Positions 1 to 7,369 of a stretch of 32,000 bases of DNA are shown here, one piece after another; the first letter of the stretch is position 1; every line of letters starts with the position of its first letter. The notes under the pieces are model-generated. The model had not been told where the DNA came from, made no database searches, and saw only the letters and a list, made by a program, of their open reading frames with translations. Both the position numbers and the translations under genes were made by a program. This stretch comes from Pseudomonas aeruginosa (GTDB lineage Bacteria > Pseudomonadota > Gammaproteobacteria > Pseudomonadales > Pseudomonadaceae): assembly GCF_001457615.1 (NCBI RefSeq), contig NZ_LN831024.1, positions 3,240,001-3,272,000 on the forward strand. The letters run 5' to 3'.

Positions 1-162
1 AGGGGACTGGTTCTGCCGCTCCGGCCCGCCGACGAAAGGCGCAACGGCAGGGCTTGTTCCCAGCGGACATAAACTCATGGCGCAAAGGTCTAAGCCGTCC
101 CTGGAAAATCCCCCGGCTCGACGGACATCCGTGGACACACCGGAACAAGGGATGCCCCGACC

Positions 163-2805
163 ATGCACCGATCGCTCCACACCGACCCGCCGCTGGGCGC
201 CGCCCTGCTGCTGGCCCTGCAGCTCGCTCCCGGCAGCGCCGCCGCGGCGGAGGGACAGGCGCCTGTCGACCCGCCCACGGTCCAGTTGCAACGAATCGAG
301 GTGACCGGTAGCGCGATCCGCCGGGTCGATGCGGAAACCGCGGTGCCGATCAGCGTCCTGCGCGCCGAGGAGCTGCGCCAACAGGGCGTGACCAGCACCG
401 AGGAACTGATCGGCCGGCTTTCCGGCAACCAGGGCGTATACAACTCCAGTCGCTCGGTCGGCAGCGCCACCGGCGGCGCCTCGTTCGCCGACCTGCGCGG
501 GATCGGCGCGAACAAGACCCTGGTGCTGCTCAACGGCCGGCGCCTGGCGAACAATGCCATCGACGGCTCCGCCGTGGATCTCAACACCATTCCCTTCGCC
601 GCCATCGACCGGGTCGAGGTGCTGCGCGACGGCGCCTCCGCACTGTACGGCACCGATGCCATCGGCGGGGTGATCAACTTCATCACCCGCAAGAGCCTGA
701 ACGAAGGCCGCGTCGACAGCGGCTACGCCTCCCCCACCCACGACGGCGGCGGCAACCAGCGCAACGTCAGCGCTAGCTGGGGCTTCGGCGAGCTGGAGGA
801 GGATCGCTTCAATGTCTTCGCGGTGGCCAACTACGACAAGCAGGAACGCCTCGGCGCCAAGGACCGCGGCTACACCTACAACTACCAGCCGGGACGCGGC
901 CTCGACTACAGCTCCGGCACCGCCTTCCCCGGCAACTGGAGCCAGGGCGCCAACGCCAGCAATCCGCTGGCCGCCGGCGGTTGCAAGGGCGCCGACCTGA
1001 TCCCGCGCAACGGCATCTGCCGGCAGAGCCTGTGGCGCTACCTCGACCTGGTGCCGGAAACCGAGAAGACCTCGGTGTTCAGCCGCGCCACCGGCAAGCT
1101 GGCCGACGAGCACAACGTCAGTCTGGAGTACTTCTGGTCGCGCAACGACAACGCTACCCAGGTCGGCCCAGGGACCCTCACCGGCCTGCAGATCGATCCC
1201 GGCACCGCCTTCTATCCCGGCAACGGCATCACTCCCGGTCCCGGCGGCTTCGTCCTCGACCCGAGCCGGCCGGTGGAGGTCAACTGGCGGCAGAGCGTGC
1301 TCGGGCCGCGCCTGCAATCCTCGCAGAACACCGGCCAGCGCCTGCTGCTCGGCTTCGACGGCCAGTTCGCCGGCTGGGACTACGATATCGGCGCCTCGTA
1401 CAACCAGAACAAGGTGGTCGACCATATCCACAGCGGCTACGTCGACGATCGCGCCGCCGCCCTCGGCATCGCCAACGGGACGCTGAACCCGTTCGGGCCG
1501 CAGACCGACGCCGGCCTCGCCTACCTCGGCAGCCATGCCCTGAGCGGCGACTTCCGTACCTCGGTCGGCCGCGTCAAGGGCCTGGACGCCCGCGCCAGCC
1601 GGGAGATCGGCGACTGGTTCGGCGCCGGGCCGGCGGCCCTGGCGCTGGGCGGCGAGTTCCGCAAGGAAGCGTTCCACCAGGACATCCAGGACTTCGCCGG
1701 CAACGTGCAGAGCCTCGGCGTCGATCCCGCCGCCACGGTCAGCGGCGAGCGCAACCTGAAGGCGCAGTACGCCGAACTCAACGTGCCGGTGCTGGACAGC
1801 CTGGAACTCAGCGCGGCGATCCGCCACGACAAGTACAGCGACTTCGGCAGCACCAGCAACCCGAAATATTCGTTCCGCTTCCAGCCGTTCCGCCAGTTGG
1901 TCCTGCGCGGCGCCTACAGCGAAGGTTTCCGTGCGCCGTCGCTGTACGAACTGTACAACCCGACCTTCACCACCTATACCAGCGCCAACTACGACGACCC
2001 GCGCCTGTGCGCCGGCGGCCAGCCGAGCCAGGGCGGCATCGCCAACCGCGACTGCGCCCAGCAGTTCTACAACGCCACCGGCGGCAATACCGACCTGCGA
2101 CCGGAAACCGCGCGCAACGTTACCCTGGGCCTGGTCTACCAGCCGCTGCGCGACCTTTCCGTCGGCCTGGACTTCTGGTGGATCAGGATCGCCAACCAGA
2201 TCGCCGAGTTTCCCGAAGCGGCGATCTTCGCCGACCCGCAGGCCTACGCCGGACGCATCGTGCGCAAGGCCGACGGCTCGATCGATCACGTCGTCACCGG
2301 ACTGGCCAACCTCGGCAAGGTAAAGACCAGCGGCGTCGACCTGAGCCTCGATTATCGTTTCCCGGCCAGCCGCTACGGGCAGTTCGGGCTCGACCTGCAA
2401 GGCACCTACGTGTCCCGCTACGACTTCCAGCAGCAGATCGGCGGCCAGTACCTGGACAACGTCGGCGACTTCCAGGGCGTCGGCGTGATCGCCCGCTGGA
2501 AGCACGTCGCCAACGCCACCTGGAGCCGCGACGCCTGGCAGGCCACCCTGAGCAACCGCTACACCAGCGGCTACAACGACTACAACCGCGCCAGCCACGG
2601 CAAGGTCGGCTCGTGGAACCTCTGGGACCTGGCCGGCAGCTACCGCCTCAGCCACGCGCTGGGGCTGACCCTCGGGGTGAAGAACCTGTTCGACCGCGAA
2701 CCGCCGTTCAGCAACCAGACCTACACCTTCCAGAGCGGCTACGACCCGCGCTACACCGATCCCTACGGGCGCATCCTGTTCGGCCGCCTCAGCTACAGCT
2801 TCTGA
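163..2805 (+). CDS. TonB-dependent outer-membrane receptor (plain receptor, no N-terminal signalling domain)
   Basis: 880-aa ORF with ATG at 163. Signal-peptide-like N-terminus (LLLALQLAPGSAAAAEG). Plug-domain motifs VQLQRIEVTGSAIRR and VEVLRDGASALYGTDAIGGVINFITR. Long beta-barrel region ending in the aromatic C-terminus RLSYSF. Position corresponds to PA2070 in my memory of PAO1. Confidence 0.9.
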   Translation: MHRSLHTDPPLGAALLLALQLAPGSAAAAEGQAPVDPPTVQLQRIEVTGSAIRRVDAETAVPISVLRAEELRQQGVTSTEELIGRLSGNQGVYNSSRSVGSATGGASFADLRGIGANKTLVLLNGRRLANNAIDGSAVDLNTIPFAAIDRVEVLRDGASALYGTDAIGGVINFITRKSLNEGRVDSGYASPTHDGGGNQRNVSASWGFGELEEDRFNVFAVANYDKQERLGAKDRGYTYNYQPGRGLDYSSGTAFPGNWSQGANASNPLAAGGCKGADLIPRNGICRQSLWRYLDLVPETEKTSVFSRATGKLADEHNVSLEYFWSRNDNATQVGPGTLTGLQIDPGTAFYPGNGITPGPGGFVLDPSRPVEVNWRQSVLGPRLQSSQNTGQRLLLGFDGQFAGWDYDIGASYNQNKVVDHIHSGYVDDRAAALGIANGTLNPFGPQTDAGLAYLGSHALSGDFRTSVGRVKGLDARASREIGDWFGAGPAALALGGEFRKEAFHQDIQDFAGNVQSLGVDPAATVSGERNLKAQYAELNVPVLDSLELSAAIRHDKYSDFGSTSNPKYSFRFQPFRQLVLRGAYSEGFRAPSLYELYNPTFTTYTSANYDDPRLCAGGQPSQGGIANRDCAQQFYNATGGNTDLRPETARNVTLGLVYQPLRDLSVGLDFWWIRIANQIAEFPEAAIFADPQAYAGRIVRKADGSIDHVVTGLANLGKVKTSGVDLSLDYRFPASRYGQFGLDLQGTYVSRYDFQQQIGGQYLDNVGDFQGVGVIARWKHVANATWSRDAWQATLSNRYTSGYNDYNRASHGKVGSWNLWDLAGSYRLSHALGLTLGVKNLFDREPPFSNQTYTFQSGYDPRYTDPYGRILFGRLSYSF

Positions 2806-2859
2806 TGCCGGCGCGGGCGCCCGGCCGGTATGGCCGGCAAGCCCGTCGACGGCTGTCCA

Positions 2860-2912
2860 GCTACCAGATCCGGTAGCCCTGCCAGATTTCGCAGGCGACC
2901 AGATCTGGCAGG
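2860..2912 (+). promoter_or_regulatory. Array of three abutting lux-type (las/rhl) box-like palindromes upstream of the carbamoyltransferase gene
   Basis: GCTACCAGATCCGGTAGC (2860-2877), CCTGCCAGATTTCGCAGG (2878-2895), GCGACCAGATCTGGCAGG (2895-2912). The first two fit the CT-N12-AG las/rhl consensus exactly (2861-2876, 2879-2894); the third is CG-N12-AG (2896-2911). CCTGCCAG and TCTGGCAGG are the two half-sites of the lasB OP1 box ACCTGCCAGTTCTGGCAGGT. Box centres lie about 117, 99 and 82 nt upstream of the ATG at 2985. Confidence 0.55.
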
Positions 2913-2984
2913 TTGTTGGGCTCCCGGTGCCATGCAACCTATTACGCCTCTCGCCCCCCACCCGTTCGCGCAAGAGGACACCGC

Positions 2985-4709
2985 ATGATCATTCTCGGGA
3001 TCACCAACAACGACCTGGCCGGCGCCTGCCTGGTGCGCGACGGCGGGATCGTCGCCGCCGCCAGCGAGGAGCGCTTCACCCGCCAGAAGGACCACAAGGC
3101 CTGGCCGAGCCGCTCCATCGACTATGTGCTCGGCGAGGCCGGCATCGACCTGGCCGACATCGACCGCATCGCCTACGGCTGGAACGCCGGGTTCGACGCC
3201 GGGCGGCACCTCGACCTCTATCTGGACCGGGTCCTCGAGGAAGCCCGCGAGCGTCCCGAGGGCCTGCCGCACCTGCGCAAGCGGATCGCCGACGAAATGG
3301 CCAACGACAAGGCCAAGCGCGGCGAATTCGATGCCTTCGTCCGCGCCAACGGCCTGCGCGGCAAGGTCGAGTACATCGACCATCACGAATGCCACGCCCT
3401 CGGCGCGTTCGTCTGCTCGCCGTTCGACGAGGCGCTGACCCTCACCTGCGACGGCCGCGGCGACTTCCAGTCGCTCACCGTCACCCACTACCGCGCCGAC
3501 GGCGGCGAGACGGTCCTGCAACGCGAGACCAGCGTCGACAGCCTGGGCTACTTCTACGGGCGCATCACCCGCCTGCTCGGCTTCAAGCCGAACCGCCACG
3601 AAGGCAAGATCACCGGCCTGGCGGCGTTCGGCGACGCGGAAAAGCTGCTGCCGCTGATGAACGACATGATCCGCCTGGAGAACGGCCGCCTGCGCGCCCG
3701 CTGCGGCGAACTGTACCTGCCCTCCTACGACGGCTACAGCGATCCGCTGCTGCAACGCTGCGCGGCGGAACGCCCGGCGGATGTCGCCGCTGCCGCGCAA
3801 CGGCACTCCGAAGACCTGCTGGTGGCCATCGCCCGGGAGCACGTGGCGCGCACCGGCTGCGCCAACCTGTGCCTGGCCGGCGGGGTGTTCGGCAACGTCA
3901 AGCTGAACCAGCGCCTGCGCGAGATCCCCGGGGTCCGCGATGTCTACGTGCTGCCCTGCATGGGCGACGGCGGCCTGGCCCTGGCCGCGGCGGTGGCGGT
4001 GGCCTATCGCGAGAACGGTACGCGCTTCCCGGCGCCGAGCATGGCCCTCGGGCCGGACGCGCGCAGCGCCGCGCAGAATGCCGAGCTGATCGCCAGCCAG
4101 TACCCGCAACTGGCCTACAGCCGGCCGGCCAACCTGATCGAGACGCTGGTCGAAGCGCTGCGGGAAAACCAGGTGCTGGGCATGTTCAAGGGCCGCATGG
4201 AGTTCGGCCCGCGCGCCTTGTGCAACCGCAGCATCGTCTACCATCCCGGCGATGCCAGCGCCAACGACTGGCTCAATCAGCGCATGGAACGCACCGAGTT
4301 CATGCCATTCGCCCCGGTCACCGCGGTAGAACACGCCGAGGCTTGCTACGTTGGCTGGCGTGAAGACCAGGTGGCGGCCGACTACATGACCATGACCTAC
4401 GATTGCCATGCGGATTTCCGCGCGCGCTGCCCGGCAGTGGTGCATGTCGACGGCACCGCCCGGCCGCAGATCATCCGGCCGCAGGCCGATCCGTTCATGC
4501 ACGCCCTGCTGCATGCCTGGCATGCCCGCAGCGGCCAGCCGGCGCTGATCAACACCTCCTTCAACCGCCACGAGGAACCGATCGTCTGCGCCCCGCAGGA
4601 CGCCCTCGGCGCGCTGGAGGACGGCATGGTCGACCTGGTGGTGCTGGGCGAGTCCCTGCTGGTCTGGCGCAAGGGCGAGAACGCCTTCGCCAGGGCGCGC
4701 TTCGAGTGA
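2985..4709 (+). CDS. NodU/CmcH/TobZ-family carbamoyltransferase
   Basis: 574 aa from ATG 2985, in frame with the longer ORF-track entry 2913..4709. RBS AAGAGGA at 2972-2978, 6 nt upstream. Family-typical N-terminus MIILGITNNDLAGACLVRDGGIVAAASEERFTRQKDH. Also IDHHECHALGAF, CMGDGGLALAAA and the C-terminal LINTSFNRHEEPIV. Corresponds to PA2069 from memory. Confidence 0.9.
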   Translation: MIILGITNNDLAGACLVRDGGIVAAASEERFTRQKDHKAWPSRSIDYVLGEAGIDLADIDRIAYGWNAGFDAGRHLDLYLDRVLEEARERPEGLPHLRKRIADEMANDKAKRGEFDAFVRANGLRGKVEYIDHHECHALGAFVCSPFDEALTLTCDGRGDFQSLTVTHYRADGGETVLQRETSVDSLGYFYGRITRLLGFKPNRHEGKITGLAAFGDAEKLLPLMNDMIRLENGRLRARCGELYLPSYDGYSDPLLQRCAAERPADVAAAAQRHSEDLLVAIAREHVARTGCANLCLAGGVFGNVKLNQRLREIPGVRDVYVLPCMGDGGLALAAAVAVAYRENGTRFPAPSMALGPDARSAAQNAELIASQYPQLAYSRPANLIETLVEALRENQVLGMFKGRMEFGPRALCNRSIVYHPGDASANDWLNQRMERTEFMPFAPVTAVEHAEACYVGWREDQVAADYMTMTYDCHADFRARCPAVVHVDGTARPQIIRPQADPFMHALLHAWHARSGQPALINTSFNRHEEPIVCAPQDALGALEDGMVDLVVLGESLLVWRKGENAFARARFE

Positions 4710-4752
4710 GGCGCAAACCGCAGCGAACCGGCACGGCGACGCGGGAACCGGC

Positions 4753-5916
4753 ATGTACCTGATCTTTTCCGGCTACTTCGCCGCCGAGGGGCTGATCTAT
4801 CCGTTCTGGCCGACCTGGCTGGCCAGCCTGGGCTTCGGCGCCAGCCAGATCGGCCTGTTGATCGCCGCGGCCTACTGGCCGCAGGTGATCGCCGGGGTGG
4901 CGCTGACCTACGTGGCCGACTGGCGCATCGACCAGTTGCGCCTGGCGACCCTGCTGGCGGCCCTGGCCGGCGCCTGCGCCCTGCTGTTCCAGCTGGCCGA
5001 GGGCCTGCCCCTGTTCATCGCCCTGAGCGTGCTCTACGGCGCATTCTGGACCAGCGTGCTGCCGCTCACCGAATCCTACCTGCTCAAGCGCGACAAGGCC
5101 GCCCTGCAGAACTACGGGCGGGTACGCGCAGTCGGTTCGCTGGCCTTCATCCTCACCGCGACCCTGGGCGGCCTGCTGCTCGGTCGGTTCGGCCAGCAAC
5201 TGGTGCCCGCCCTGGTCGGCCTGACGATGCTGCTCACCGCGCTGGCCTGCCTGTTCCTCCGTCGCCGCAGCCTGCGCCGTCCGGACTCGCCGCTGCCGGG
5301 CGCCAGGCGCCGTCCCGACCTGCGCGGGATCCTCCGGCAACGCCCCCTGCTGCTGGCCATCGCCGCGGCGGGAATGATCCAACTGAGCCACTCGCTGTAC
5401 TTCACCACCGCCTCGCTGGGCTGGCAGGCGCTGGGCTACTCGTCGTTCTCGGTCGGCGCCTTCTGGGGCCTGGCGGTGATCGCCGAGATCAGCTTCTTCG
5501 CCGTCTCCAACCGCATCCTGGACCGCCACCCGGCGCTCCAGGTGATGCTCTTCTCCAGCCTTTGCGCGGCGCTGCGCTGGGGCCTGCTGGCCGGCAGCGA
5601 ACATCTCGCCGCGATCCTCCTCGGCCAGTGCCTGCACGCCCTCAGCTTCGCCGCCTACCACGCCGCGGTGATGCGCTACATCCGCGACCACGCGCCGGAA
5701 AGCGCGCGGGTACTGACCCAGGGAATCTACTACTCTCTGGCGGTAGCGCTGCCCATGGGCCTCGCCAGTCCGGCCGCCGGCTGGCTGTACGAAGGCCTGC
5801 CGCAGTGGTCCTATCTGATCATGGCGCTGTTCGCCCTCGGCGGCGCGGTCCTGGTCTGGCTTGCCCTACAGAGTGCCCGAGATGCATCGACTAGCGTTTT
5901 CAGCCGTTCTGTTTGA
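4753..5916 (+). CDS. MFS transporter (12-TM, LacY/HcaT-like MFS_1_like type)
   Basis: 387 aa with ATG at 4753, 43 nt after the carbamoyltransferase stop. Hydrophobic throughout. N-terminal GYFAAEGLIYPFWPTWLASLGF resembles the first TM signature of the MFS_1_like family. A central charged loop (RRRSLRRPDSPLPGARRRPDLR) separates two 6-TM halves. Confidence 0.85.
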   Translation: MYLIFSGYFAAEGLIYPFWPTWLASLGFGASQIGLLIAAAYWPQVIAGVALTYVADWRIDQLRLATLLAALAGACALLFQLAEGLPLFIALSVLYGAFWTSVLPLTESYLLKRDKAALQNYGRVRAVGSLAFILTATLGGLLLGRFGQQLVPALVGLTMLLTALACLFLRRRSLRRPDSPLPGARRRPDLRGILRQRPLLLAIAAAGMIQLSHSLYFTTASLGWQALGYSSFSVGAFWGLAVIAEISFFAVSNRILDRHPALQVMLFSSLCAALRWGLLAGSEHLAAILLGQCLHALSFAAYHAAVMRYIRDHAPESARVLTQGIYYSLAVALPMGLASPAAGWLYEGLPQWSYLIMALFALGGAVLVWLALQSARDASTSVFSRSV

Positions 5917-6586
5917 CATGGACGGCGTCCTGATCAGCTCCCGCGAAGCCATCGCCGCGGCCTGGAGCCGGGTCGCCGGCGAACAGGGCGTGGCGCTCGG
6001 CCCGGACTGCCTGCGCGACCACGTGCACGGTCGCCCGGGCGGCTACACCCTGGACTATCTGTTCGGCCACCTGCCGATGGAGCGCCGGCGGATCCTCAAG
6101 CAACGGGTCGATGCGCTGGAGGAAGGCGCCGACTGTCCCCTGCTGCCCGGCGTCGCCGCGGTGATCCGCCAGCTGCGTTGGCTGGACGTGCCCTTGGCGC
6201 TGGTCACCAGCAGTTGGCCGGCACGCATCGACCACGTGCTGCGCCAGCACGACCTGCAGGCGGCGTTCCGCACCCTGGTCAGCCGCGACGACGTGGTCCA
6301 CGGCAAGCCGGCTCCGGATGGCTATCGCCTGGCCGCGGCCAGGCTCGGCGTGGCACCGTCGCGCTGCCTGGTGTTCGAAGACTCCCTCAGCGGCGTGCAG
6401 GCCGCCTGTGCCGCCGGCGCGACCTGCGTGGCGATCGGCGAGGAGAGCGGCCTGCTCGCCGCCGGCGCGCGCTGGTCGGTCCGGGATTTCCGCGAGCTAC
6501 GGATCGTCCGCGAAGACGACCGGCTGTACTGCCAGCATCGGCACCCCGCCACGACCGGCAGCGAGAGGAGCGTTGGCGTCCCATGA
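5882..6586 (+). CDS. HAD-superfamily hydrolase/phosphatase (subfamily IA)
   Basis: HAD motif I LFDMDGVLISS, motif II LVTSS, motif IV FEDSLSGVQAA. The ORF-track start at 5861 is a TTG, so I prefer ATG 5882 (MHRLAFSAV...). Either start overlaps the MFS gene end (5916) out of frame. The stop overlaps the next gene start in ATGA (6583-6586). Confidence 0.85.
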   Translation: MHRLAFSAVLFDMDGVLISSREAIAAAWSRVAGEQGVALGPDCLRDHVHGRPGGYTLDYLFGHLPMERRRILKQRVDALEEGADCPLLPGVAAVIRQLRWLDVPLALVTSSWPARIDHVLRQHDLQAAFRTLVSRDDVVHGKPAPDGYRLAAARLGVAPSRCLVFEDSLSGVQAACAAGATCVAIGEESGLLAAGARWSVRDFRELRIVREDDRLYCQHRHPATTGSERSVGVP

Positions 6587-7221
6587 GCCCGACCCTGCAA
6601 GATGCCCGGCTGCTCTGGGACTTCCTCGGCCAGGGCCGCTGCCATGTGCCCTGCGAACTGCTGGTGGTATGCGGCTCCTACGACCTGCGGGTCTGCGACC
6701 ACGCCTGCGAGCTGCTCGAACGCGGCCTCGCCGAACGCCTGCTGTTCACCGGCAACACCGGGCACTGGACGCGCCATCTCTGGGTCGAGCCGGAAGCCGA
6801 GCTGTTCGCCCGCCACGCCAGGGCACGCGGGGTAAGCGACAGCCTCATCGTGATCGAGCCGCGGGCGACCAACTTCGCCGAGAACATCGCCTTCGCCCGC
6901 GAGCTGTTCCCCGACCTGCGCCGCGCGACCTTCGTCACCAAGCCCAACTCGATCCGCCGCGTGGCGCTGACCCTGCCGGTCCGCTGGCCGGGTCTGGAGG
7001 GACACGTGGATGCGCCCGACTACGCATTTCCCGACGGCATCTCGAACCTGGTCGGCGTACTCGGGGTGATCGACGAGATGGTCGGCGACCTTGACCGCAT
7101 CATGCGTTACCCGGCGCTGGGCTTCCAGGTCGCCTGCCCGATCCCGGCGCAGGTCATGGACGCCTGGGAACGCCTGGTGGCGCGCGGTTTCGACCGCCAC
7201 CTGGTGAACCCGCCGCGCTGA
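6583..7221 (+). CDS. DUF218 / YdcF-like protein
   Basis: 212 aa from ATG 6583, in frame within ORF 6178..7221. RBS GAGAGGAG at 6562-6569. Shares the ATGA overlap with the HAD stop. DUF218-like core LVVCGSYDLRV...LLFTGNTGH...EAELFARHARARGVSDSLIVIEPRATNFAENIAFAREL. Confidence 0.8.
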   Translation: MSPTLQDARLLWDFLGQGRCHVPCELLVVCGSYDLRVCDHACELLERGLAERLLFTGNTGHWTRHLWVEPEAELFARHARARGVSDSLIVIEPRATNFAENIAFARELFPDLRRATFVTKPNSIRRVALTLPVRWPGLEGHVDAPDYAFPDGISNLVGVLGVIDEMVGDLDRIMRYPALGFQVACPIPAQVMDAWERLVARGFDRHLVNPPR

Positions 7222-7223
7222 GC

Positions 7224-7238
7224 TGACAGCACTGTAAT
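7224..7238 (+). promoter_or_regulatory. cop/Cus-type box (putative CopR-family response-regulator site) upstream of pcoA
   Basis: TGACAGCACTGTAAT has the same half-site spacing as the E. coli CusR box (TGACAAnnTTGTCA) and ends in the TGTAAT typical of pco/cop boxes. It lies about 130 nt upstream of the pcoA ATG, followed by possible -35 TTGCCG (7251-7256) and -10 TAGGGT (7272-7277). Confidence 0.5.
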
Positions 7239-7369
7239 CTTCCCCACAGCTTGCCGACAGGCGCGCGCCGCTAGGGTGTCCGCATCGCCGCACCGCCCTG
7301 GCGGGGCCGCGACTTCCCGGCTGCGCAGGCTCGCGCAGTCCGTCCTGCCACCTGCGTGGAAACCAGCGG

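Noticed and set aside
1-162. Possible riboswitch (for example cobalamin) or Fur/Zur box in the leader of the first TonB-dependent receptor. A stem CTGCCG...CGGCAG (about 13-49) and repeated GGACAT motifs were noted.
   Set aside because: I could not align a B12 box, TPP or other riboswitch core, or any AT-rich metalloregulator palindrome. The region is also cut by the window edge. A covariance-model scan (Rfam) of the extended upstream region would be needed.
981-2876. 631-aa same-strand alternative-frame ORF inside the TonB-dependent receptor gene, with similar Arg/Pro-rich frames at 2927..4363, 6178..7221 (upstream part), 7276..8424, 22932..24170 and 28323..29522.
   Set aside because: The sequences are extremely Arg/Pro-rich with no domain features. 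The overlapping frame encodes a complete, motif-bearing protein.
2860-2912. Reading the three palindromes simply as an intrinsic terminator of the upstream receptor gene.
   Set aside because: This reading is not fully excluded. However, no U-tract follows any stem, and the stems are AT-containing and short for a terminator in this genome. The half-sites also match las/rhl boxes too closely. I kept it as the alternative hypothesis in the finding.
2793-4754. 653-aa ORF on the minus strand opposite the carbamoyltransferase. Similar long shadow ORFs: 4561..5691(-), 6322..7728(-), 10400..11533(+), 11865..12884(+), 13405..14694(+), 15537..17612(+), 16741..18282(+), 19603..21552(+), 21800..22711(+), 25156..26994(-), 28321..29205(-), 29230..30147(-) and 30918..31853(-).
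   Set aside because: Each lies antisense to, or out of frame with, a gene that has clear family motifs. Their translations are Ala/Arg/Gly/Pro-rich low-complexity strings with no recognisable domains. This is the expected stop-codon-poor artefact of a very GC-rich genome.
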